Source: an uncultured Lachnospiraceae bacterium
GTDB taxonomy: Bacteria; Bacillota; Clostridia; Lachnospirales; Lachnospiraceae
NCBI GenBank assembly: GCA_902801415.1
Contig: CADCIK010000002.1
Span: 17,912 to 81,911, forward strand
Reading direction: 5' to 3'
Length of the DNA: 64,000 nt
The notes beneath the pieces were generated by a model, which saw only the letters and a program-made list of their open reading frames with translations, was not told the origin of the DNA and made no database searches. How positions within the stretch are numbered: position 1 is the first letter of the stretch; every line of letters starts with the position of its first letter. Both the position numbers and the translations under genes were made by a program. Shown here one piece after another: positions 1-9,101 of this stretch.

Positions 1-690
1 ACAGCAGGCGGAAACAGCGGCACGGGTAATGCAGGCGGAAGCGGTGCAAAGAACGCGGGCAGCACGGGTGCCATGGGACTGTTCGAAAGCGTAGAGCGGG
101 GAATGGCGGAAAGCGCGGCTGCGGCGGCCAGAGAGGCGCTTAAGTCGAAAGAGCCGCTTGTCCTGATCGATCAGGAACTGATCCCGGCGCTGGATAAGGT
201 CGGAAAGGGATTCGAGAAGGGAACCGTTTTCCTTCCGCAGCTGCTGATGAGCGCGGAGGCGGCCAAGGCGGCCTTTGACGTGGTCAAAGAGACCCTGCAG
301 GGACAGTCCCAGGAAGTGAAGGGAAGGATCATCCTTGCCACAGTTAAGGGCGATATCCATGATATCGGCAAGAATATTGTCAAGGTCATGCTGGAAAATT
401 ACGGTTTTGAAGTGCTCGACCTCGGAAAGGATGTATCTCCCGAGACCATCGCGGAAACAGCCGTCAGAGAGGACATCCGGCTCGTGGGCCTGAGCGCCCT
501 GATGACGACGACAGTTGTGAGTATGGAGGAGACGATCCGTCTTCTGCACGAGGTGAAACCGGATGTTAAGACTGTAGTGGGTGGCGCGGTGATGACGCAG
601 GAATACGCGGATGCGATCCACGCGGACTGCTATGCGAAGGACGCCATGGCGACCGTGCATTTCGCGGAGGAAGTGTTCAAAGAAGGCTGA
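1..690 (+). CDS. metH: C-terminal part of B12-dependent methionine synthase (cap and cobalamin-binding domains); 5' end lies upstream of the window
   Basis: Frame open from base 1 through a Gly-rich linker; B12-binding motif ATVKGDIHDIGKNIV, plus FLPQLLMSAEA, VGLSALMTTT and VVGGAV. Confidence 0.85.
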   Translation, partial: TAGGNSGTGNAGGSGAKNAGSTGAMGLFESVERGMAESAAAAAREALKSKEPLVLIDQELIPALDKVGKGFEKGTVFLPQLLMSAEAAKAAFDVVKETLQGQSQEVKGRIILATVKGDIHDIGKNIVKVMLENYGFEVLDLGKDVSPETIAETAVREDIRLVGLSALMTTTVVSMEETIRLLHEVKPDVKTVVGGAVMTQEYADAIHADCYAKDAMATVHFAEEVFKEG

Positions 691-722
691 CGGGATATAT
701 TGGATTTAAACCTGCGCAGACC

Positions 723-759
723 AAAAAGATCGTGGGGGCTTTTCAGCCTTCCACGATCA
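723..759 (-). terminator. Hairpin terminator overlapping the stop of the 743-997 gene
   Basis: gatcgtgg-gggct/agcc-ccacgatc stem, followed by a T-run on the minus strand. Confidence 0.55.
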
Positions 760-997
760 GATATCTTCCGTCTCCCACATCGAAGACCTCAGAGGCCTCC
801 AGGATGTCACCGCCGTCCAGGTCGACGCCGACCTCCTCGAAGTACCTGCGCACAGAACGTTTGCCTTTGACAACAACGGCAAACATCATCTCAAGAAACT
901 CATCGGCCTCCTCGGGCGTCTCAGCGACCGGCTCGGGGAATAGCTGCAGCTGGTTTTTTAAAAAGCAGTCCAGGACTTTGGGATCAAAATTTGACAT
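743..997 (-). CDS. Small acidic conserved hypothetical protein (84 aa)
   Basis: Strong RBS AAGGAGGT before ATG; natural protein composition; resembles a small Lachnospiraceae family often labelled glyoxalase (recollection only). Confidence 0.75.
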   Translation of the reverse strand: MSNFDPKVLDCFLKNQLQLFPEPVAETPEEADEFLEMMFAVVVKGKRSVRRYFEEVGVDLDGGDILEASEVFDVGDGRYLIVEG

Positions 998-1088
998 GAC
1001 GGATACCTCCTTGCCAATATGTTTATGTTAAAATCATCTCACAGAATGGTTCATAATAAAAGCCCGGAATGATCGACGCTCCGCGCGC

Positions 1089-1123
1089 AAAAAAAGAGGA
1101 GCCGCTCATCTGCAGAGCGCTCC
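1089..1123 (-). terminator. Minus-strand intrinsic terminator located just upstream of deoC
   Basis: Minus strand reads ggagcgctc-tgcagat-gagcggctcc-tcttttttt. Confidence 0.55.
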
Positions 1124-1138
1124 GGAATGGAGAGAAAA

Positions 1139-1831
1139 ATGACAGATATCAGCAAAATGACAGAGAAGGACCTGTGCTTCATGTTCGACCACACGAACCT
1201 CAAAGCTTACGCATCCAGCGAGGATATCCGCAAGCTCTGTGCGGAAGCCAAAGAGTATGGATTCAGGATGGTTGCGATCAACCCTGTCCATACAGCTATG
1301 TGCCGTGAGATCCTCAGCGGTACAGACGTGCATGTCGGCCCTTGCGTCAGCTTCCCTCTGGGACAGAACACGATCGAAGAAAAGTGCACAGAGACGCTCC
1401 TCGCCATCTCCCAGGGAGCGGACGAGATCGACTATGTGACCAACCTCACTGCCGTCAAGGACGGCCGTTGGGATTACATCGAGCGCGAGATGCGCACCAT
1501 TGCGGACATCTGCCGCTCTGCCGGCGTGATCTCCAAGGTCATCTTCGAGAACTGCTACCTCGAAAAGCAGGAGATCGAGCATCTTGCCAAAATAGCGCTC
1601 ATCGCAAAGCCTGATTTCATTAAGACCTCTACCGGCTTCGGAACCGGCGGCGCGACCGTCGAGGACGTAGCGCTCATGAAGCAGACCGTCGGCGATGCTG
1701 TGCAGGTAAAAGCGGCCGGAGGCATCCGAAGCTGGGAGACCTGCAAGGCTATGATCGAGGCAGGCGCAGCGAGGATCGGATGCTCGGCCGGAATTCAGAT
1801 CCTGAAGGAATTCAGGGAAGCTGCGAAGTAA
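1139..1831 (+). CDS. deoC: Deoxyribose-phosphate aldolase
   Basis: DHTNLK, GADEIDYV, KVIFEN, DFIKTSTGF and VKAAGGIR motifs; GGAGAG RBS before ATG 1139 (alternative ATG 1127). Confidence 0.93.
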   Translation: MTDISKMTEKDLCFMFDHTNLKAYASSEDIRKLCAEAKEYGFRMVAINPVHTAMCREILSGTDVHVGPCVSFPLGQNTIEEKCTETLLAISQGADEIDYVTNLTAVKDGRWDYIEREMRTIADICRSAGVISKVIFENCYLEKQEIEHLAKIALIAKPDFIKTSTGFGTGGATVEDVALMKQTVGDAVQVKAAGGIRSWETCKAMIEAGAARIGCSAGIQILKEFREAAK

Positions 1832-1850
1832 ACAACAGAGCAAATATGGA

Positions 1851-2762
1851 TTAAAGCGTCAGCAGATACTTCTCTACGCTGGTCACGGCGTTGGCGCCGT
1901 CTGCCACTGCGGTAACGACCTGGCGCAGCTGTTTGGTGCGGACGTCGCCGGCCGCGAAAACGCCGGGAACGCTGGTCGTGCCGGTCTCATCCGCGATGAT
2001 GTAGCCCTTTTCATCCATGCTGACATGGTTGCGCGCAAATTCGCTGCGGGGCGTGATCCCGACGGCGATGAAAACGCCTGCGACGGGAATGGTGCGCTCG
2101 CTCTGGTCAAACTTGTTGACGACTGTTGCGTTCTCGACCTTCATGCCGCCGGTAATGGACTTGAGGTTGGAGTTCCACACCATCTCCACGTTGGGAAGGG
2201 CGAGAAGGCTCTCCTGCAGCACTTTCGCGGCGCGGAGCTCATCTCTGCGGTGCACGACATAAACTTTATTGCAGCCGCGCGCAAGGAAGATGGCGTCCTC
2301 AACTGCGACGTCTCCGCCGCCTACAACAAGGACATCTTTGCCGCGGTAGAACGCGCCGTCGCAGGTTGCGCAGTAGGAGACGCCCATACCGGCGTACTGG
2401 TTCTCGCCCTGCGCGCCGAGTTTGCTGTGAGTGGCGCCGGAGGCGATGATGACCGCCTTGGCTTCGTAGGTGCCCTCGTCAGTGATCACTTTCTTGACAG
2501 GGTCTTCCAGATCGAGACTCTGCACAAAAGCATTGACGGTCTCTACGCCGAGCTTTTCGGCGTGCTCTGCCATTTTCATGGCCAGATCCATGCCGGAGAG
2601 GCCGGGCAGGCCGGGATAGTTGTCGATCTCGTAGGTGTCGATGATCTGTCCTCCGTTGACATAGTTCTGCTCGATAACGATCGCGTTCAGCCTGGCTCTG
2701 GACGCATAGATTGCTGCGGAGAGACCGGCGGGGCCTGCTCCGATAATGATCAGGTCATACAT
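1851..2762 (-). CDS. trxB: Thioredoxin-disulfide reductase
   Basis: GAGPAGLSAA FAD motif, CATCDG active site, VVGGGDVA NADPH motif, VFAAGD. Confidence 0.96.
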   Translation of the reverse strand: MYDLIIIGAGPAGLSAAIYASRARLNAIVIEQNYVNGGQIIDTYEIDNYPGLPGLSGMDLAMKMAEHAEKLGVETVNAFVQSLDLEDPVKKVITDEGTYEAKAVIIASGATHSKLGAQGENQYAGMGVSYCATCDGAFYRGKDVLVVGGGDVAVEDAIFLARGCNKVYVVHRRDELRAAKVLQESLLALPNVEMVWNSNLKSITGGMKVENATVVNKFDQSERTIPVAGVFIAVGITPRSEFARNHVSMDEKGYIIADETGTTSVPGVFAAGDVRTKQLRQVVTAVADGANAVTSVEKYLLTL

Positions 2763-2805
2763 AATGATTCTCCTATCTTAAGATCCTGTTGGGAATTCGA
2801 AATCC

Positions 2806-2841
2806 GAAAAAATAAGCACACAGCGAGGCGCTGTGTGCTTT
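2806..2841 (-). terminator. Intrinsic terminator between trxA and trxB
   Basis: aagcacacagcg/cgctgtgtgctt stem with a T-run on the minus strand. Confidence 0.75.
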
Positions 2842-2882
2842 GTTGCTGCTCTGACACCGGTGCAGATGCGCGCCTCTACAGG

Positions 2883-3203
2883 TCAGTTGGCATTCTTCTC
2901 GAAACGATCCTTCATCTGGGGCTTCGGGATCGCACCGACAACGCGGTCAACAGGCTCGCCGCCCTTGAAGAAGACCATGTTGGGGATGCTCATGATGCCG
3001 TACTTAACAGCGAGATCGCCGTTCTCGTCGACATTGACCTTACCGACCTTGATACGGCCGTTGTATTCCTCTGCGAGCTTGTCGATCACAGGGCTCATCA
3101 TCTTGCAGGGGCCGCACCAGTCAGCGTAGAAATCTACAAAAACGGGAAGATCGCTCTGAAGGACCTCAGCTTCGAAATTGGACTCATCAAATTTGTGTAC
3201 CAT
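2883..3203 (-). CDS. trxA: Thioredoxin
   Basis: DFYADWCGPCK active site; AAAGGAG RBS. Confidence 0.97.
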   Translation of the reverse strand: MVHKFDESNFEAEVLQSDLPVFVDFYADWCGPCKMMSPVIDKLAEEYNGRIKVGKVNVDENGDLAVKYGIMSIPNMVFFKGGEPVDRVVGAIPKPQMKDRFEKNAN

Positions 3204-3442
3204 AATGGATATCTCCTTTCAAAAAATAATTATAAAGATCATCTTGCGATGTATTTTGATTGCTTACAAATAGATTTTACACAATTTAAATATAGTTGTC
3301 AACAGGAAACATGGATGATTTCAAATAATAGTTGGTGTATAATAACACTATACGATATTTTGGCTCGGAAGCGGAGACAAATCTGAGCTGGACCGCACTA
3401 TCAAGGAAGTTCAAAGAAGTACAAAGATCGGAGGAATTGAGT

Positions 3443-4786
3443 ATGGGTTATGCTGAAGAATATAAGCAGAAACTTGTAACTGCTGAACAGGCTGCCGCAG
3501 TGATCCAGGATGGCGACTGGGTTGATTACGGCTGGTGCGCGACCACGAACGTCGCAGTGGATAAAGAACTGGCAAAGAGAATGCCGCAGATGCACGACGT
3601 ACAGATCTACGGAGGAATCCTGATGCACGCGCCGGCAATCTTCCAGATCGAGAATCCGCAGGACCACTTTACATGGAACAGCTGGCATATGAACGGCGTC
3701 GAGAGAAAGATGGCGTCGACCGGGCTGAGTTACTACGGCCCGCTGAAGTATTCCGAGCTCCCCCGCTATTATCTGGACAGAGAGGATCCGCTGGATGTGG
3801 CGATCATGCAGGTCGGTCCCATGGACAGACACGGATACTTCAACCTCGGACCCAGCGCCAGCCACGCCTATGCAGTTGTGCAGATGGCCAGGAAGGTCAT
3901 CGTGGAAGTCAACGAGAGCATGCCGATCTGCCTGGGCGACAGAACGGCTTATGTGCACATCAGCGATGTTGACATGATCGTCGAGGGCGACAACACACCG
4001 ATCGACGCAATGCCTCCGGCAAAGCCCGGCACAGATGTGGATAAGGCTGTTGCAGAGCTGGTCGTCGAGAGAATCCCCAACGGCGCATGCCTGCAGCTCG
4101 GTATCGGCGGAATGCCCAATGCGATCGGCAAAATGATCGCCGAGTCCGATCTCAAGGATCTTGGCATCCACACCGAGATGTATGTCGATGCATTCGTAGA
4201 CATGGCGGAAGCCGGCAAGATCACAGGCGCGCACAAGAATATCGACAGAGGCCTGCAGACATATGCGTTTGGCGCCGGAACCAAGAAGATGTATGACTAT
4301 CTGGACGGCAACCCGGAGTGCAAGAGCGCATCCGTCGACTATGTCAACAATGTCAAGCAGATCGGCGCGCTGGACAACTTCATCTCCATCAACAACGCGG
4401 TAGACTGCGACCTGTTCGGACAGATCAACGCGGAGAGCGCCGGCACCAAGAACATCTCCGGCGCAGGCGGACAGCTTGACTTCGTCATCGGAGCCTATGC
4501 CTCCAGAGGCGGAAAATCCTTCATCTGCATGTCCTCCACATTTACGGACAAGCAGGGCAACCTGGTGAGCCGCATCCGTCCCACGCTGGCAAACGGCAGT
4601 ATCGTCACAGACACACGCGCGAACTCCATGTACATTGTGACTGAGTACGGCGTAGCAATGATGAAAGGCCGCACAACCTGGCAGAGAGCGGAAGACCTCA
4701 TCAATATCGCGCATCCCCAGTTCAGAGAGCAGCTGATCGCGGAGGCGGAGAAGATGCATATCTGGAGACGCAGCAACAAGAGATGA
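3443..4786 (+). CDS. but: Butyryl-CoA:acetate CoA-transferase (acetyl-CoA hydrolase/transferase family)
   Basis: [10 protein letters not shown] start, [31 protein letters not shown] and [24 protein letters not shown] tail typical of Lachnospiraceae But; GGAGGA RBS. Confidence 0.9.
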   Translation: MGYAEEYKQKLVTAEQAAAVIQDGDWVDYGWCATTNVAVDKELAKRMPQMHDVQIYGGILMHAPAIFQIENPQDHFTWNSWHMNGVERKMASTGLSYYGPLKYSELPRYYLDREDPLDVAIMQVGPMDRHGYFNLGPSASHAYAVVQMARKVIVEVNESMPICLGDRTAYVHISDVDMIVEGDNTPIDAMPPAKPGTDVDKAVAELVVERIPNGACLQLGIGGMPNAIGKMIAESDLKDLGIHTEMYVDAFVDMAEAGKITGAHKNIDRGLQTYAFGAGTKKMYDYLDGNPECKSASVDYVNNVKQIGALDNFISINNAVDCDLFGQINAESAGTKNISGAGGQLDFVIGAYASRGGKSFICMSSTFTDKQGNLVSRIRPTLANGSIVTDTRANSMYIVTEYGVAMMKGRTTWQRAEDLINIAHPQFREQLIAEAEKMHIWRRSNKR

Positions 4787-4863
4787 CCGATCCACATGAC
4801 TGATCAGAAGCGGATGATCAGAGGAGACCGGTAATACAGCGAGCAATAATGATTGATTGGACG

Positions 4864-4896
4864 GAAGAGACCGCGTACATTGCGGTCTCTTCTTTC
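4864..4896 (+). terminator. Intrinsic terminator after but
   Basis: gaagagaccgc/gcggtctcttc stem followed by tttc. Confidence 0.8.
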
Positions 4897-4983
4897 ATAA
4901 CACGGTTTCCATGTAACGGGTCCTTTACAAATTGCCTAATAAGACTGAAAATTCAGACGATTTAAAAAGATACCGGCTATTGA

Positions 4984-5011
4984 TTGACAATTATGAAGTT
5001 TCGTGTAAAAT
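4984..5011 (+). promoter_or_regulatory. Sigma-A-like promoter
   Basis: TTGACA-16 bp-TAAAAT in an AT-rich intergenic region. Confidence 0.6.
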
Positions 5012-5016
5012 TAAAT

Positions 5017-5160
5017 TATCAAATAAATCCAAGGAGGTACGGACCAAAGGACAACGTAATTTGTACGTAATCTGAAAACTAAGAATACGGAGGTACAATC
5101 CATTGGACAAGAACCACTGAAAAGGGGTGTTGAGCGATATGTTCGGCATCCCTTTTCTCA
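5017..5160 (+). ncRNA. Candidate GGA-rich small RNA or attenuator leader
   Basis: Lies between a near-consensus promoter and a long hairpin (gaaaaggggtgttgagc/gttcggcatcccttttc); five GGA motifs; internal 23-nt duplicated unit. Confidence 0.4.
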
Positions 5161-5333
5161 TGGGCGCATTCATGAAGCCGCATGGGTGGCATTCATGAAA
5201 CAGATAGGATATAATGTTATACATAATAGAGTTACAAATTGCCATGTTTTGGGGAGTTTAGAACACGTTACTACATGTAATATGGCGCAGGAGTTTGTTT
5301 GAAAGTGCATTCAGAGGAGACTTAAGGGTACCT

Positions 5334-6035
5334 ATGAAGGATACAATTATGATCGTGGAAGACGATCAGGATATACGTACGATCATCGCGATTCTGCTGA
5401 ACAGGGAAGGATATAATACGCTGCAGGCTGCGACAGGGGAAGAAGCGCTCGTTCAGGTGACTAAAAAGCCTGACTTGATCATCCTGGATGTGATGCTGCC
5501 GGATCTCGATGGATATGAGGTATGCCGCAGGATCCGCAAGGACTCGCTGGCACCGGTTCTTTTTTTGACGGCGAAAAGCGGGCTGCATGAGAAGACGCAG
5601 GGCCTTGAGGCGGGCGGCGACGATTATCTGGTCAAACCGTTTTTCCAGGAAGAGCTGCTGGCAAGGATCAAAGCCCTTCTGCGGAGATACGAGATGTACC
5701 GGGGCAAAGAGGAGACGGAACCTGCGGCACAGTATATTGAGGCCGGGTGTTTCCGTGTCAATAAAGATTTTAATGAAGTGACCAAGAATGGGGAAGCGAT
5801 CGACATGACAGATATCGAGTACAAGATCTTCCGTCTGCTCGTGCAATACCACAACAAGATCTTCTCCATTCGCAATATTTATGAGAGCGTCTGGGAAAAG
5901 CCGTATTTTTACGACGCCAACAATACTGTCATGGTGCATATCCGAAGACTGCGCATGGCAGTCGAGGATGATCCCAGGCATCCAACCTATATCCGGACGG
6001 AGTGGGGGAGAGGATATCGTTTTGTCTGCGAATAA
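5334..6035 (+). CDS. OmpR/PhoB-family response regulator
   Basis: IVEDD, LIILDVMLP (phospho-Asp), FLTAK, DDYLVKPF and C-terminal VMVHIRRLR..IRTEWGRGYRF. Confidence 0.95.
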   Translation: MKDTIMIVEDDQDIRTIIAILLNREGYNTLQAATGEEALVQVTKKPDLIILDVMLPDLDGYEVCRRIRKDSLAPVLFLTAKSGLHEKTQGLEAGGDDYLVKPFFQEELLARIKALLRRYEMYRGKEETEPAAQYIEAGCFRVNKDFNEVTKNGEAIDMTDIEYKIFRLLVQYHNKIFSIRNIYESVWEKPYFYDANNTVMVHIRRLRMAVEDDPRHPTYIRTEWGRGYRFVCE

Positions 6036-6039
6036 ATGG

Positions 6040-7002
6040 ATGATCATGAAGAAGCTCGGCGTGCTGATGGCGCTTGCCTTTGCAGCAGCGGCGGGCTTCT
6101 TTGTTATTGCATGTATCATAGAGGAGCGGTTCAGCATAAGGGCGCTGCCGTTTGTGATCCTGACTTCAGTCATCGTATTTGTGTGCATTGTGATCGCCGG
6201 GATCAAGAAGGAAGTGGATTATATTCACGTGATCAACAATGAGATCCAGGTACTGGAGGGCGGCGATCTGTCGCGGGAGATCACGATCCGCGGAAGCGAT
6301 GAGGTGACCATGCTCGCGGAGAGTATAGACGAGTTCCGCAAGAGCATGAAGAACCAGCTCAGCATGATCGAGCAGCTGGAAGAGAGCAACCGCCTGATGG
6401 CTGCTGAGATCGCGCATGATCTCAGGACACCGCTTACAGCATTGATCATGTATCTGGATTTTGCCCAGGGCGAGATCGGAGACCGCGAACCGCAGGCGGA
6501 GGAATACCTGGCCAAGGCCAAAGAGAAAGCGGCCAGGCTCAAAAATCTGCTGGCGGAGAATTTCAATTATAATACGCTGCCGGACTATTTTTTGATCGAG
6601 AAGCAGCAGCTGCAGGCCTTTGAGGTCCTGGGCGGTTTTCTCGGGGACATGATGACACTGCTCGAGAGCGAGGGGTTCTATGTCCGTTCCGATACCATCT
6701 ACGGGCACAGCAGTATCCTGATACAGAGGGATGCGGCGGGAAGAGTGTTCGGGAATCTCGTATCCAACATCATGAAGTACGCGCAGAGGGACGCTGAGGT
6801 CTTATTTTACTGTCGGGAAAAGCCGCAGTACGTGGAGATCAGGATCAGCAACCTGGTCCGGCAGTTCGAGGAGGGAAAGCCGTACAGCACCGGATTCGGC
6901 GCCAGAATTGTCAAAAGACTGATGAAGGAAATGGATGGAGAATATCAGGCAGAGGAAAAGGACGGGATTTACACGGCGATCCTGCACTTTATGAAGGCAT
7001 AA
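6040..7002 (+). CDS. Membrane sensor histidine kinase (2 TM, HAMP, HisKA, HATPase)
   Basis: Two hydrophobic helices, HAMP (GDLSREI..DEVTMLA), H-box IAHDLRTPLT, N-box FGNLVSNIMKYA, STGFG. Confidence 0.88.
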   Translation: MIMKKLGVLMALAFAAAAGFFVIACIIEERFSIRALPFVILTSVIVFVCIVIAGIKKEVDYIHVINNEIQVLEGGDLSREITIRGSDEVTMLAESIDEFRKSMKNQLSMIEQLEESNRLMAAEIAHDLRTPLTALIMYLDFAQGEIGDREPQAEEYLAKAKEKAARLKNLLAENFNYNTLPDYFLIEKQQLQAFEVLGGFLGDMMTLLESEGFYVRSDTIYGHSSILIQRDAAGRVFGNLVSNIMKYAQRDAEVLFYCREKPQYVEIRISNLVRQFEEGKPYSTGFGARIVKRLMKEMDGEYQAEEKDGIYTAILHFMKA

Positions 7003-7036
7003 AAGTGAAAGATCTGTGAAAAGATGGCTGATATAG

Positions 7037-7066
7037 GGACAGAGGGCGATTTGCCCTCTGTTCTTT
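7037..7066 (+). terminator. Intrinsic terminator after the kinase
   Basis: ggacagagggc/gccctctgttc stem then ttt. Confidence 0.7.
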
Positions 7067-7068
7067 AC

Positions 7069-7097
7069 TTGGCAAATAATTGACTTGATGCTATAAT
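7069..7097 (+). promoter_or_regulatory. Sigma-A-like promoter for the NlpC/P60 gene
   Basis: TTGGCA-17 bp-TATAAT with extended TGn. Confidence 0.6.
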
Positions 7098-7204
7098 TAT
7101 GAAAGTTGTATGACAAATTAATGCCGTACGAGTTAAAATTATGAAATGTTTGTGAATTTTGGATGGTTAGGACATATCAGTCAGGACAATCCCCGGGAGA
7201 CATC

Positions 7205-9001
7205 GTGAAAAGAAAAGAACTACTTCATAAACTCGGAATAATGATCTTGTCCGCAATGGTCATGACAGGAACCGTGGCAGGTCCCACATATATGGCGCGC
7301 GCCGGAGAGTCTAATAAAGGCAGCACAGAGGGTGCCTCGGAAAAGGAGCCTGAAGGCGGCGGCGACAACGGCGGCGATAACGGCGGCGGAGGCGGAGACG
7401 ACAACGGCGGCGACAATACCGGCGGAGGCGGAGACGACAACGGCGGCGACAATACCGGCGGAGGCGGAGACGACAACGGCGGCGACAATACCGGCGGGGG
7501 CGGAGACGACAACGGCGGCGATAATACCGGCGGGGGCGGAGACGACAACGGCGGCGATAATACCGGCGGAGGCGGAGACGACAACGGCGGCGATAACACC
7601 GGTGGCGGAGATGACGGCGGAAGCGGTAATACCGGCGATAATGGCGGAAACGGCAGCACCGGCGATGACGGCGGAGACGGAAGCGGCGCGGGAAATACCG
7701 GAGATGGATCAGGCGAAGGCAGTACCGATGATCAGTCAGAGCTGGGAGGGACCGATTCCACAGCTGTGACAGGATCGACCATCGACCCGACTATTGCAGC
7801 GACTGAGGAGCCTGCTTCAGAGGAAGATCTCGGAGAGCCCGAGGGCTACGCGGAAGCGGATAACTATGACGGCACGAATGAAGAGCTGATCGCGCAGCAG
7901 CATATCGTGTTCGATATGCCTGTGATCCGCAAGGATTTCCGCTTTACTACAGTGGACAAGGTCTTTGCGTTCAGCGCTAAGGAGCTGGAGATCCGCGAAG
8001 CGCGTGAAGACGGCGCAGAGGTCGTAGGCAGGATCGCCCGGAACGGCGTACTCTATGAGCTTGAGGAGGAAGATAACGGCTGGATCTATGTCGAGTCCGG
8101 AAAGGTGCGCGGATTCGTCCGTGAGGAAGACCTGATCCGCGGTGAGGACGCTGACAAGATGCTGGATCTTCTCGACAAGCAGGCTGAGCGAATTTCCAGA
8201 ATGCTTCCGGAGGGAGTTTCCAAGGAAGCGTACTTCTTTACGGCACAGGAGACGGTCCCTTATTACGAGAACGCGGCATACGCGTTCCGCAGGATCACGA
8301 CTGAGGATACGGTGATCACGAAAAAGCCGGCCATTGCCAAGGCAGAGACCGGAATTATGGAAGAGTGCGGTGAAGATGCCAGAGAAGCAGGCAGACTCAG
8401 TGAAGGCGGACTCTGCTACGTGATCGAGGACGCCGGCGAAGGATGGCTGTTTGTTGAGTCCGGAGATGTGCGCGGTTTCGTAAAAGTTTCTGATTTGGAT
8501 CAGGGCGGCGCAGCAAAAGCCAAAGTGGAAGAAGCCGGAGAGGACGCGCTGAAAACCGCGGTAGAGGAGATCAAGCCTGCCGATAATAAGGCAACTTACT
8601 ATACGGTCACATCCATTAAGGAAGGCGCCAAGTATAACGAAGTGAGAGAGAAGATCCTTGAAAAAGCACTTTCATGCGTCGGCAATCCTTATGTATGGGG
8701 CGGAACGAGCCTTACCCACGGCGCGGACTGTTCGGGATTTGTACAGTCACTCTATTCGCTGTTCGGCTATCATCTGCCCAGAGTAGCAGCGGCGCAGTCG
8801 AGAGTAGGAACCCAGATTCCCGTGAGTGACGCGGCGCCCGGAGACCTGATCTTCTTTGCAAGAAACGGATATGTCTATCATGTCGCGATGTATGCCGGAG
8901 ACGGCAAGACTGTCGAAGCGTACAGCAGCCAGTATGGCATCATTACCAAGGAGCTGAGTGAGCGCAATGCAGTGTGGGCAACAAGGATCATAGAAGACTG
9001 A
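7205..9001 (+). CDS. Secreted NlpC/P60 peptidoglycan endopeptidase with Gly/Asp/Asn repeat region and two SH3b-like domains
   Basis: Signal peptide; two GW.(Y/F)VESG.VRGFV repeats; VGNPYVWGG..DCSGFV..HVAMY catalytic motifs; GTG 7205 after GGGAGA (alternative ATG 7163). Confidence 0.88.
   Translation: MKRKELLHKLGIMILSAMVMTGTVAGPTYMARAGESNKGSTEGASEKEPEGGGDNGGDNGGGGGDDNGGDNTGGGGDDNGGDNTGGGGDDNGGDNTGGGGDDNGGDNTGGGGDDNGGDNTGGGGDDNGGDNTGGGDDGGSGNTGDNGGNGSTGDDGGDGSGAGNTGDGSGEGSTDDQSELGGTDSTAVTGSTIDPTIAATEEPASEEDLGEPEGYAEADNYDGTNEELIAQQHIVFDMPVIRKDFRFTTVDKVFAFSAKELEIREAREDGAEVVGRIARNGVLYELEEEDNGWIYVESGKVRGFVREEDLIRGEDADKMLDLLDKQAERISRMLPEGVSKEAYFFTAQETVPYYENAAYAFRRITTEDTVITKKPAIAKAETGIMEECGEDAREAGRLSEGGLCYVIEDAGEGWLFVESGDVRGFVKVSDLDQGGAAKAKVEEAGEDALKTAVEEIKPADNKATYYTVTSIKEGAKYNEVREKILEKALSCVGNPYVWGGTSLTHGADCSGFVQSLYSLFGYHLPRVAAAQSRVGTQIPVSDAAPGDLIFFARNGYVYHVAMYAGDGKTVEAYSSQYGIITKELSERNAVWATRIIED
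7385..7600 (+). repeat. Coding tandem repeat, 6 x 36 bp (GGGGDDNGGDNT)
   Basis: Unit ggcggaggcggagacgacaacggcggcgacaatacc repeated six times with only synonymous changes. Confidence 0.95.
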
Positions 9002-9030
9002 TACGGATAGAGCATAGAATAACGGATAAT

Positions 9031-9075
9031 AAAAAGAGGCGTATCGCACTACAGGCTAGTGCGATACGCCTTTTC
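9031..9075. terminator. Bidirectional terminator between convergent genes
   Basis: aaaaag-aggcgtatcgcact/agtgcgatacgcct-tttc. Confidence 0.85.
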
Positions 9076-9101
9076 TAAGTTGCGTTGAATTCTCGAGAAA
9101 T

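Noticed and set aside
7385-7600. 36-bp repeats as a CRISPR array
   Set aside because: No unique spacers, in-frame coding with synonymous variation only, and no cas genes in the window
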